NCBI GenBank assembly: GCA_003009755.1
Contig: PXUB01000007.1
Coordinates: 46,941 to 60,427, forward strand
Direction: 5' to 3'
Length of the DNA: 13,487 bases
Origin: Thermoplasmatales archaeon SW_10_69_26
GTDB taxonomy: Archaea; Thermoplasmatota; SW-10-69-26
Shown here: in pieces, positions 7,245 to 13,487 of the stretch
Layout of the letters: each line of letters starts with the position of its first letter
Numbering within the stretch: the stretch's first letter is position 1
Notes under the pieces: model-generated
What the model was told of the DNA's origin: nothing
Database searches by the model: none
Seen by the model: only the letters and a program-made list of their open reading frames with translations
Made by a program: the position numbers and the translations under genes

Positions 7245-8543
7245 ATGGCGAGAGGGAGAGGCAAAGCGGCTGCCGGTAGGGCGACGAGCGGAGCATGGTG
7301 GACGGTTCTGGCGGTCGCCGCGTTGGTGGTGACCGCTGGGATCGCCGGACAGGTGGGGGCGATCAACCCCACCGACGACGACGCTGGGTCCGGCCGCGAC
7401 GCGGGCGATCAGCCGGCGACCGCCGTCCCGATCGAGCCGGGCACCCACGAGGGTCGTGTGACGGAGACGGTCGACACGCGCGACCACTACAGCTTCGCGG
7501 CCGACGAAGGGGACGTGGTCGTCGTCACCGTGCCCGATGGCGGCGCGCGGCTGTGGATCGGCCTGGTCGGTCCCGACGGCGAGGAGCACGCCTACGGGGC
7601 CGACTTGGAGGGCGTCTGGCTTCCGATCCCGGAGGCCGGGACGTGGACGGTGCTCGTCGAGCTGACGGGCGCCAGCAGCGATCTGCCGGCCGCTGCCGTC
7701 GACTACACCATCGAGCTCGAGCGCTCGCAGGACTACTACGTCCACGAGCGCACCGTCGCGGATGGCTGGTACACCGCCGAGGCCGCCGTCGACGAGCCGG
7801 GTCGGTTGATGGGCTACGTGCGCGGGCAGTCTCCGCAGGACCCCGGGGAAGCCTACGGGAACTTCGGCGCGGTCGCCTCCTGGAAGGCCAAGCCCGAGGG
7901 CGGCCGAATCTTGTCCTGGAGTGCGCACGCGTACGGGCACGGCGCCACCTCCGAGGACTCTCCGTTCGCGATCGCCTCCGAGATCCTCCCCGGCGACGAC
8001 GGGGCCCAGGCCGCCTCCTTCAGCCCCTGGAGCGAGGGGCAGATCCTGGACAGCTATGCCGAGGCCCAGATGCGCTTGACGGCGCTCGAGGCGCCCAGCG
8101 AGCACGGGCTCCGGGTGGCGATCGCCTCGACCTCGCCGCTGGAGGTTCGCGAGGCTACCGGGTCGGAGGTGGTCCACTGGACGACCAGCGACAACGAGGA
8201 GGAGACGGTCCTGCAGACCGGCGGCGTCGTCGCCACGGAGGCCGCCAACCTCACCGTCCCGACCGACCACGGCCTGCGCGGGGCTTTCTACACCTACGAC
8301 GCAGGCGGCGAGATCCACACGCCCGACAGCGACTGCCACGAAGCTGGAAGTGGCGAGCTGTTCGCCGACCCGCAAGCCGGATCCTGGGAGTTCCGCCTGA
8401 ACCCGGTGCAGGACGTCGGCTACACCGAGCACGTCTACCTCGTCGCGGCCGACATCCCCCAGCTGGGCACCTTCGACTGGGGCGGCAACCCTCCGCTGGC
8501 CACCGTGAACGGTCGCCCTTGCGGCCAGGCGGCGGGGAGCTGA
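7245..8543 (+). CDS. Secreted protein with an N-terminal PPC-like (pre-peptidase C-terminal) beta-sandwich (432 aa)
   Basis: Start moved from 7104 to ATG 7245, which gives a clean signal peptide. DDDAGSGRDAGD...G...DTRDHYSF...GDVVVV...GTWTVLV...YTI is a PPC-like pattern. Confidence 0.8.
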   Translation: MARGRGKAAAGRATSGAWWTVLAVAALVVTAGIAGQVGAINPTDDDAGSGRDAGDQPATAVPIEPGTHEGRVTETVDTRDHYSFAADEGDVVVVTVPDGGARLWIGLVGPDGEEHAYGADLEGVWLPIPEAGTWTVLVELTGASSDLPAAAVDYTIELERSQDYYVHERTVADGWYTAEAAVDEPGRLMGYVRGQSPQDPGEAYGNFGAVASWKAKPEGGRILSWSAHAYGHGATSEDSPFAIASEILPGDDGAQAASFSPWSEGQILDSYAEAQMRLTALEAPSEHGLRVAIASTSPLEVREATGSEVVHWTTSDNEEETVLQTGGVVATEAANLTVPTDHGLRGAFYTYDAGGEIHTPDSDCHEAGSGELFADPQAGSWEFRLNPVQDVGYTEHVYLVAADIPQLGTFDWGGNPPLATVNGRPCGQAAGS

Positions 8544-8651
8544 CCGCGCCCCGCCTAGGTCTGTCACCCCTGACCGGTAACACCGATCGCGAAGCCGCCC
8601 TCACGATGAGGTTTTCGCTCGGTCCCCACGGCCTGCGGGGGAGGTCGTACC

Positions 8652-8822
8652 ATGATGAGCAAAACCGAAGCCATACATGAATGCCCCGATTCTCCTTCGG
8701 CTGTTTCGGGTGGAGGCGTAAGGGAGAGCCTTCAGCGCGTGAAGCTAACGACGTCTACGGGTCCGATACCGACTCGTTCAGGACAGTTGGAGAGCCCTGA
8801 ACCGGGCATGGCTGGGAGGTAG
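8652..8822 (+). CDS. Possible 56-aa ORF or interrupted gene start upstream of the recombinase
   Basis: GGGGAGGT SD then ATG 8652, open to TAG 8822. Codon usage is atypical (AAA, ATA, TCT, CTA), so coding status is doubtful. Confidence 0.25.
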   Translation: MMSKTEAIHECPDSPSAVSGGGVRESLQRVKLTTSTGPIPTRSGQLESPEPGMAGR

Positions 8823-8826
8823 TTGC

Positions 8827-9711
8827 GTGGCGGGGTCCCTGACGGGACCGCAAGCTCGCTGGGAGGGGGACCAAGCGAAGGCTGCCGGGTATATCCGATA
8901 CAGTACGATCGACCAAGACCACGAGCGCGAGACGGGTGTCGACGCCCAGCTTGAGAGCATCAAAGAGCACTGCCGCCAGCAGGGCCACGAGCTCGACCGG
9001 GTCTACAAGGACGTCAAGTCGGGCCGCAACGTCGACCGAGCTGAGTTTTACGAGCTGCTCGACTGCGTGGCAGACTACGACGTCCTCGTCACGCGCGAGA
9101 TCTCGCGCTTCGGTCGTGACAAGGACGGCGTCAGCCAGGCCTATCTCATCCAGAAAGCGCGCGCCGCCGGCGTCATCGTCGAGACCACGGACGGAAAGGC
9201 GTTCGACCTTGAGGACCGCTTTGATCGGGCCTTCTTCAAGATGCTCGGCATCATCGCCGACCTCGAGGTCGGGTCGCTCGAGGAGCGCGTCCGCGAGGGC
9301 AAGCGCGAGGGCGCGAAGGCCGGCTACTGGGTGAGCGGCACGCCGCCAACCGGATACGAGACCGAGGGACCCCAGGGCCAGAAGGTGCTTGTCCCGAACG
9401 AGAACGCCGCCTACATCCGACAGATGTTCGAGCGGTACGTCCAAGGCGAGAGCATGCGGGATCTCGCCGCCTGGTTCCGCTACGCCGAGGCCGACCTTCC
9501 CTCCTCCCAGCCCTCGATCGGCAACCTCATCCGAAACCCGGCGTACAAGGGCAAAATCACCTGGAAGGGCGAGATCAACGAGGGCCAGCACGACGGGATC
9601 GTCAGCGAGGCGCTCTGGGAGGCCGCCCAAGACATACGCGAGGGCCGCCGGCGGACCTACCAGTGCTGGGACAAGGGCCTCGACGATGACGGGGAGAACG
9701 GCTCAGGGTAG
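8827..9711 (+). CDS. Serine recombinase/integrase (resolvase catalytic domain plus recombinase domain, no zinc-ribbon C-terminus; 294 aa)
   Basis: YIRYST catalytic Ser motif, DVKSGRNVDR, SRFGR, PPTGY, IRNPAYKG and HDGIVSEALWEAAQ. GGAGGT SD 6 nt before the GTG. Confidence 0.92.
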   Translation: MAGSLTGPQARWEGDQAKAAGYIRYSTIDQDHERETGVDAQLESIKEHCRQQGHELDRVYKDVKSGRNVDRAEFYELLDCVADYDVLVTREISRFGRDKDGVSQAYLIQKARAAGVIVETTDGKAFDLEDRFDRAFFKMLGIIADLEVGSLEERVREGKREGAKAGYWVSGTPPTGYETEGPQGQKVLVPNENAAYIRQMFERYVQGESMRDLAAWFRYAEADLPSSQPSIGNLIRNPAYKGKITWKGEINEGQHDGIVSEALWEAAQDIREGRRRTYQCWDKGLDDDGENGSG

Positions 9712-10008
9712 CTTGGCGAGCACGACGATGTCGTCCTCGAAGGCGCGGCCGACGTAGACGTCGGCGGGGCGCTTGAGCTCGTCGTCGAGCTGTTCGGTCG
9801 CCTTCTCCCCGCTCTCCCACTCGACGGTGATGCCGTCGGGGTTCTCGACGACCTCCCACCAGCTCGGGCCGGCGAGGACGAGCACGCGGGCGCCCTCCCA
9901 CGAGCTGGGGGCTCGCGCGACGCCGGCGCTGTTCGCTCGGGTGAGCTTGACGGCGTCGACGGGAATCTTGTCCGTCCCCGCGGGCTCGTACTCCTCTCGG
10001 GCTGGCAC
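9703..10008 (-). CDS. Small beta-rich protein with two DUF2080/AbrB-like repeats (101 aa)
   Basis: VKLTRANSAGVARAPSSWEGARVLVL and KRPADVYVGRAFEDDIVVL. Its stop overlaps the recombinase end by 9 bp. Confidence 0.65.
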   Translation of the reverse strand: MPAREEYEPAGTDKIPVDAVKLTRANSAGVARAPSSWEGARVLVLAGPSWWEVVENPDGITVEWESGEKATEQLDDELKRPADVYVGRAFEDDIVVLAKLP

Positions 10009-10034
10009 GAGCCCCCGTGAGGGCGAGGATGGGC

Positions 10035-10313
10035 TTAGTCGCTTGGGTCACGGACGAGGATGGCCTCCTCGCCCTCGAGGCCCTTCGCGATGTAGAGCTG
10101 CGGCGGCCCGGTCCCGCCCCAGGGCGTGGCCGTGTGCTCGTAGGCGACGTCCGCGGTCACGGTGACCTGGTCCTCGTCGACGTCGACGTGGATCGTGTAG
10201 TCGCCGTCGGGCACGAGCACGTGGATCGGGTCGCCCTGCCAGTCGGTGGGAGCGTACACGCGCCGGCTGGCGGGCACGGTGCGTCTCTCGACTGCGCTGC
10301 CGGTGACGGTCAC
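10035..10313 (-). CDS. Small beta-rich protein with two DUF2080/AbrB-like repeats (92 aa), probable paralogue of the 9703 gene
   Basis: RRTVPASRRVYAPTDWQGDPIHVLV and EHTATPWGGTGPPQLYIAKGLEGEEAILV. GTGA overlap with the upstream micro-ORF. Confidence 0.7.
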   Translation of the reverse strand: MTVTGSAVERRTVPASRRVYAPTDWQGDPIHVLVPDGDYTIHVDVDEDQVTVTADVAYEHTATPWGGTGPPQLYIAKGLEGEEAILVRDPSD

Positions 10314-10405
10314 GCGCCTCTCTCCTCGAGGCGTTGGTCGATCTGCTCGAACACGGGCCGCAGCTCGCTCGCCGGGCTTCCTCGGCGCCCGCTGCTATCC
10401 GGCAT
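10310..10405 (-). CDS. 31-aa micro-ORF (MPDSSGRRGSPASELRPVFEQIDQRLEERGA)
   Basis: ATG 10405 overlaps the end of the zinc-finger ORF, and its TGA overlaps the next GTG. It exactly fills the gap in the operon. Confidence 0.5.
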   Translation of the reverse strand: MPDSSGRRGSPASELRPVFEQIDQRLEERGA

Positions 10406-10547
10406 CGTCCCCGACCCCCGCGAGGAGGCTGTCCAGGTGCTTCTCGCGGCACGCGCGGCAGAGGTCGCGTTCGCGCTGGCCGATCGTGATCGAGGCGGTC
10501 GGCGTGTTGCCGCAGGCTTCGCAGACGAGTTTCTCCTGCTCAGGCAT
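10395..10547 (-). CDS. 50-aa zinc-finger microprotein (CEAC...CRAC)
   Basis: MPEQEKLVCEACGNTPTASITIGQRERDLCRACREKHLDSLLAGVGDDAG contains two CxxC pairs. Overlaps both neighbours. Confidence 0.7.
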   Translation of the reverse strand: MPEQEKLVCEACGNTPTASITIGQRERDLCRACREKHLDSLLAGVGDDAG

Positions 10548-10620
10548 CCTCGGGCGCCTCCACCTCGGAGGCGGCTTCGACCTCGGCGCTGCCCTCCAGC
10601 GTCACGCGGAACCGAGGCAT
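10540..10620 (-). CDS. 26-aa micro-ORF (MPRFRVTLEGSAEVEAASEVEAPEDA)
   Basis: TGATG overlap with the nuclease stop and ATGCCTGA overlap with the next gene. Contains a VEAxSxxEA pattern reminiscent of DpnD/PcfM-like small proteins. Confidence 0.5.
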   Translation of the reverse strand: MPRFRVTLEGSAEVEAASEVEAPEDA

Positions 10621-11813
10621 CAGGCGTCCCTCCGTTGGATGTACGTGTACCCGTTGCGGGTCTGCTTCTCCTCGAGGCAGGCGGACAGCGCGTTCCCGTG
10701 CGCCTCGAGGTCGGGCGTGTCGATGGCTTCGAGCGCGTCCTGCAACCGTTCTTCGTCGAGCCGGGTCTCGGTCCCGATCTCGATGCCCTCGATCCCGGTC
10801 AGGCCCAGGTCGTCCAGCCGCTCGGCGAGGCCCTGCTCGTCCGTCACGGTCGCAGTCGGCACGTCCTCTCGATACGCGTCGAGGTTCTCGTCCGTGTGTT
10901 CGTCGAGGAGCTTGCGCGCCTTCTCGACGTCGAGCTCCTGCTTCGTGCCCGGGCTGTTGTAGACGGCCTGGTACGGGCCGACCACGATGCTGTCCTCGAC
11001 GGTCTTGGCCTGGATCTCGTGGATTTTCTCGCGCTTCTCGTCGTAGGCCTGCTCGTGCTGTTCCTTCTGCTCCTTGGCCCAGCCCGCCTCCATGACGAGC
11101 TCGTGCAGGTCCTCGGGCGCCTCGACGAGATCGTCCAGCGCGGCCTCATCCGAGGTAACCTCGTCCGTTGTGGAGCCATCCGGCTCCCAGGTCCCGGCCA
11201 CCATGGCGCGCACCATCTGACCGTACTCCTCGTAGGCCTGCGTCATGCGCTGCCCGACACCGTCGCCGTCGAGCCGGATCGCCTCCCACTCGAGGCCGCG
11301 GCCGCCCCACCAGTCCACGATCAGGGTCTCGACCTTGTCGACGCCGAGCACCTCGCTCGCGGGGTTCCAGTCGCCGTCGGGCGTGCGGGCTTCGCCGCGC
11401 TCAATCGCCAGCGCGTAGAGCGCGAGCTGGTCGAGGTAGTCCTCCCGCTTGTCATCGGTGAGCTGGTAGCTGCTGCTCGTCTTCAGGTCCCGCAGCGCGC
11501 CGTCCGGCGTCAGACAGTCGAAGTGCCCGTGCCAGTACAGTCCACCGGTCTCGGGGATCTCCAAGCGGACCTCGGTCTCGCCGTTCGGCGCGTCCCCGTA
11601 CACGGTCTGGTGGAGCACCGTGCCCTTGGCGCGGGATCCCTGATCCTCGTCCTCGGGCAAGGGCTTGCCCCGGATCCGCATGCGCGTCAGAGTCGGGTCC
11701 CACGTCATGGTGCTGATGCCGAGGTGGTCGTCGTCGGGCCGCCCGGGATGCGTGTCCACCGCCTCTTGGAGCCGCTTGCGCGCGAAGTCGGGAGCCTCCT
11801 CAAGGATCCTCAC
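10620..11813 (-). CDS. RecB-type PD-(D/E)XK nuclease (phage recombination exonuclease-like) with coiled-coil C-terminal extension (397 aa)
   Basis: KGTVLH...EVRL...GHFDCL...DLKTS...QLALYA motifs. GTGA-coupled to the upstream ERF gene. Confidence 0.85.
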   Translation of the reverse strand: MRILEEAPDFARKRLQEAVDTHPGRPDDDHLGISTMTWDPTLTRMRIRGKPLPEDEDQGSRAKGTVLHQTVYGDAPNGETEVRLEIPETGGLYWHGHFDCLTPDGALRDLKTSSSYQLTDDKREDYLDQLALYALAIERGEARTPDGDWNPASEVLGVDKVETLIVDWWGGRGLEWEAIRLDGDGVGQRMTQAYEEYGQMVRAMVAGTWEPDGSTTDEVTSDEAALDDLVEAPEDLHELVMEAGWAKEQKEQHEQAYDEKREKIHEIQAKTVEDSIVVGPYQAVYNSPGTKQELDVEKARKLLDEHTDENLDAYREDVPTATVTDEQGLAERLDDLGLTGIEGIEIGTETRLDEERLQDALEAIDTPDLEAHGNALSACLEEKQTRNGYTYIQRRDA

Positions 11814-12739
11814 GAGGACCCACCCCCGAGTGTGGCCTTCTCCTTGAGACCCTGGAGCTTCTCGATCATCGCACCCGCCTCGTCCATCGTCCTCGGCTTG
11901 CCGCGCATCGCGTTGCTGTCGAATGGGTTCGCGTCATCCTCCATCTCGCCGGCGCTCGTCGGGACGCCCGCGTTGCGGCACTCCTCCCGCAGGTCTTGGA
12001 TGAACTCGAGCTGGGGCCCACTGGGGTCCTGCCCGGTCGACGACTGGGACTGCTGGGTGCCCTGCCCGCTGCCGGGATCGGCGTCGACCTCGACGTCCCC
12101 GCTCTCGAGCAACAGCATCTTCGACAGGGCGTAGCGGAGGAGCTGGGATTCGAGCGCGTAGTGGTGCTTGTCGCCGGCGTTCTCGTTCTCGCCGACGACG
12201 CGGCGGCCCATGCGGCTGTCGCCGTCGGTCAGGTAGACCTCCATGACGGCCGTCACGCACCAACGCTGGTTCCCGCTGCCCGTGGTGCCCGACGGCTGCT
12301 TATAGGTGTCGACGATGCTGCTGTGCACCCAGACGTCCGCCTCGGCCAAGGGTTCGGCGACGGCGCCGTTCACGTCGTCGTAGGTTGAGTACTCGTGGTC
12401 GATGTGGCTGTTGTACCCGCTCTTCGGGATCGTGCCGATGTTCTGGCGGGCCTCGCACACCTTCTCGATGAGCGCAGGGCTGGGGTCGCCGAGCGGCGTG
12501 CTGCCTTGGACGCGGAACCGCCAGGTCTCCTCGCCCTCGGGGCCCTGGTCCTTGCCCATGTCGAAGGGGCTGCTGGGCTTGGTCTCGGTGACCTGGACCT
12601 CGCGCACCGTGCGGCCGTCGACGGCTTGCAGGATGTCGTCGATGACCATCTTGGCCTGGCTCTGTGTGAGGCTCTCGCCTGCGTCGTCGATGTCGTCGGT
12701 CTCCCCGTCCGCGGGCGTGGCTTCTTCGGTCTCCGTCAC
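11810..12739 (-). CDS. ERF-family single-strand annealing protein (about 309 aa)
   Basis: IPKSGYNSHIDHEYSTYDDV...PLAE...GDK...A...LRYALSKML is an ERF-like core. Start moved to GTG 12739 (GTGA overlap, GGGGTGG SD). Confidence 0.85.
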   Translation of the reverse strand: MTETEEATPADGETDDIDDAGESLTQSQAKMVIDDILQAVDGRTVREVQVTETKPSSPFDMGKDQGPEGEETWRFRVQGSTPLGDPSPALIEKVCEARQNIGTIPKSGYNSHIDHEYSTYDDVNGAVAEPLAEADVWVHSSIVDTYKQPSGTTGSGNQRWCVTAVMEVYLTDGDSRMGRRVVGENENAGDKHHYALESQLLRYALSKMLLLESGDVEVDADPGSGQGTQQSQSSTGQDPSGPQLEFIQDLREECRNAGVPTSAGEMEDDANPFDSNAMRGKPRTMDEAGAMIEKLQGLKEKATLGGGSS

Positions 12740-12855
12740 GGGTCCACCCCCTGGCGCCAGCGAGGGTCGCTGCGGTCGAACAGCCACACGGTCTCGACCT
12801 GGAGCGTGGTCGGCGTGTCTTCCTCGAGCTCGCCGATCGCGTGCTGGCGTGCCAT
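12736..12855 (-). CDS. 39-aa micro-ORF (MARQHAIGELEEDTPTTLQVETVWLFDRSDPRWRQGVDP)
   Basis: TGATG overlap upstream, GTGA overlap downstream, GAGGAGGG SD. Confidence 0.6.
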   Translation of the reverse strand: MARQHAIGELEEDTPTTLQVETVWLFDRSDPRWRQGVDP

Positions 12856-13058
12856 CAGGCTCCCTCCTCGATGGGGATGAGGACGTGGATCAGGTCGTCC
12901 CAGAACGCCAGGTCGACCCCCTCTTCCCGCATGGTGCCCGTCTCGCCGAGCACGGCAAGCACGGCCTCGTGCTCGCCGCGGGCGATTTGGAGCTCGACGG
13001 CGAGCTCGTCGTGCCCGTGGTAGGGGCTCGGTTCGATGGAGCATCCGATGCTCGGCAT
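12855..13058 (-). CDS. Hypothetical acidic protein (67 aa)
   Basis: TGATG overlaps at both ends and acidic composition. Confidence 0.65.
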   Translation of the reverse strand: MPSIGCSIEPSPYHGHDELAVELQIARGEHEAVLAVLGETGTMREEGVDLAFWDDLIHVLIPIEEGA

Positions 13059-13297
13059 CAGGCGGCCCCCTGCTGGTAGTCGATGACCTCGAGGTTAACG
13101 CGCTCGTCGCCGCGCCCGGGTGTCTCGTCCCAGGCGAGGACGGCGGGGCAGTCGTCGCACGTGGCCCGGACGGAGATGACGTCGGGCTCGAGCTGCTCGC
13201 GGTCGATCACGCGGCAGGACTCGTGCAGGCACGTGTTCGGCTCGGGCGGCTTGAGCCGGCGTCGTTCGGCTCGTCGTAGGTTCGCGTCGGCGTACAT
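13058..13297 (-). CDS. Zinc-ribbon-like protein (CxH...CxxC; 79 aa), first gene of the operon
   Basis: CLH...CDDC pattern. GGTGA SD before ATG 13297. Confidence 0.7.
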   Translation of the reverse strand: MYADANLRRAERRRLKPPEPNTCLHESCRVIDREQLEPDVISVRATCDDCPAVLAWDETPGRGDERVNLEVIDYQQGAA

Positions 13298-13322
13298 CGG
13301 GTGTTCACCAGCGCCCCGGTGG

Positions 13323-13359
13323 CGCTACACTCTTGTAGCGACCGCCGCTACAAAAGTGT
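13323..13359 (-). promoter_or_regulatory. Operon promoter overlapped by a palindromic operator
   Basis: CGCTACA (13323-13329), TGTAGCG (13334-13340) and CGCTACA (13346-13352). A 13/14-bp inverted repeat spans 13327-13359, and a minus-strand TTTTGTA TATA-like element lies within its right arm. Confidence 0.7.
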
Positions 13360-13411
13360 TGCGTTGGCGGACGAGAGTCACCCTGCGAGGAGGAGAGGCT
13401 GCCTTCGTGAT

Positions 13412-13486
13412 TTACTCGTCGATGTTCCGTTCCGGATCGGCGTAGAAGGCGTCGAACGAGAGGTCATATCCCCGCCAAAGGACGAT
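13412..13486 (-). CDS. 3' end of a gene entering from beyond the window (...IVLWRGYDLSFDAFYADPERNIDE*)
   Basis: Open frame from the window edge to TAA at 13412-13414, with an acidic C-terminus. Confidence 0.5.
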   Translation of the reverse strand: MVLWRGYDLSFDAFYADPERNIDE

Positions 13487-13487
13487 C

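Larger units (their letters stand above)
8600..13487. mobile_element. Left end of a probable provirus or integrative element (continues beyond the window)
   Basis: Serine recombinase followed by a convergent, overlap-coupled operon with ERF, PD-(D/E)XK nuclease, zinc-finger and micro-ORFs. The left boundary is approximate (somewhere in 8544-8826). Confidence 0.8.

Noticed and set aside
8544-8826. tRNA gene as integration target
   Set aside because: No cloverleaf or T-loop GTTCRA motif in a tRNA context was found on either strand.
7113-9630. ORFs 7113-8567(-), 7295-8680(+) and 8755-9630(-)
   Set aside because: They fully overlap the PPC protein or the recombinase and have no independent signals.
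10620-11813. Cas4 / CRISPR-associated call
   Set aside because: Only two Cys residues, so no 4Fe-4S motif. No CRISPR array or other cas genes are present, and the ERF context indicates a recombination nuclease.
10017-12134. 705-aa plus-strand ORF
   Set aside because: Antisense shadow of the nuclease/ERF operon. It has the L/V/R/G-rich composition typical of the reverse frame of acidic high-GC genes and no motifs.

Overview
High-GC DNA (about 68-70% by eye) encoding strongly acidic proteins, with archaeal-style BRE/TATA-like promoters. It is most likely from a halophilic archaeon. The Sec-type lipoprotein and DDAGSGxDA/PPC-type secreted protein hint at a Thermoplasmatota-like lineage rather than Halobacteria (inference). 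The left part (1-8543) looks like host chromosome. It carries an unannotated 32-aa acidic microprotein, a lipoprotein, and a four-gene surface/regulator cluster (DUF4382-like lipoprotein, membrane-anchored glycoprotein, small 3-TM protein, double winged-HTH regulator). These are followed by a minus-strand cluster (54-aa ORF, 3-TM protein, frameshifted DinB pseudogene, degenerate PD-(D/E)XK-like protein) and a secreted PPC-domain protein. The right part (about 8600 to the end) is the left end of a probable provirus or integrated element. It has a shortened large-serine recombinase, convergent with a tightly coupled minus-strand operon. That operon contains two tandem double-DUF2080/AbrB-like genes, several micro-ORFs and zinc fingers, a RecB-type PD-(D/E)XK nuclease and an ERF-family annealing protein. 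Its promoter is overlapped by a triple-half-site palindromic operator. No tRNA, rRNA or CRISPR array was recognised. All family calls come from motif recognition, not database searches.
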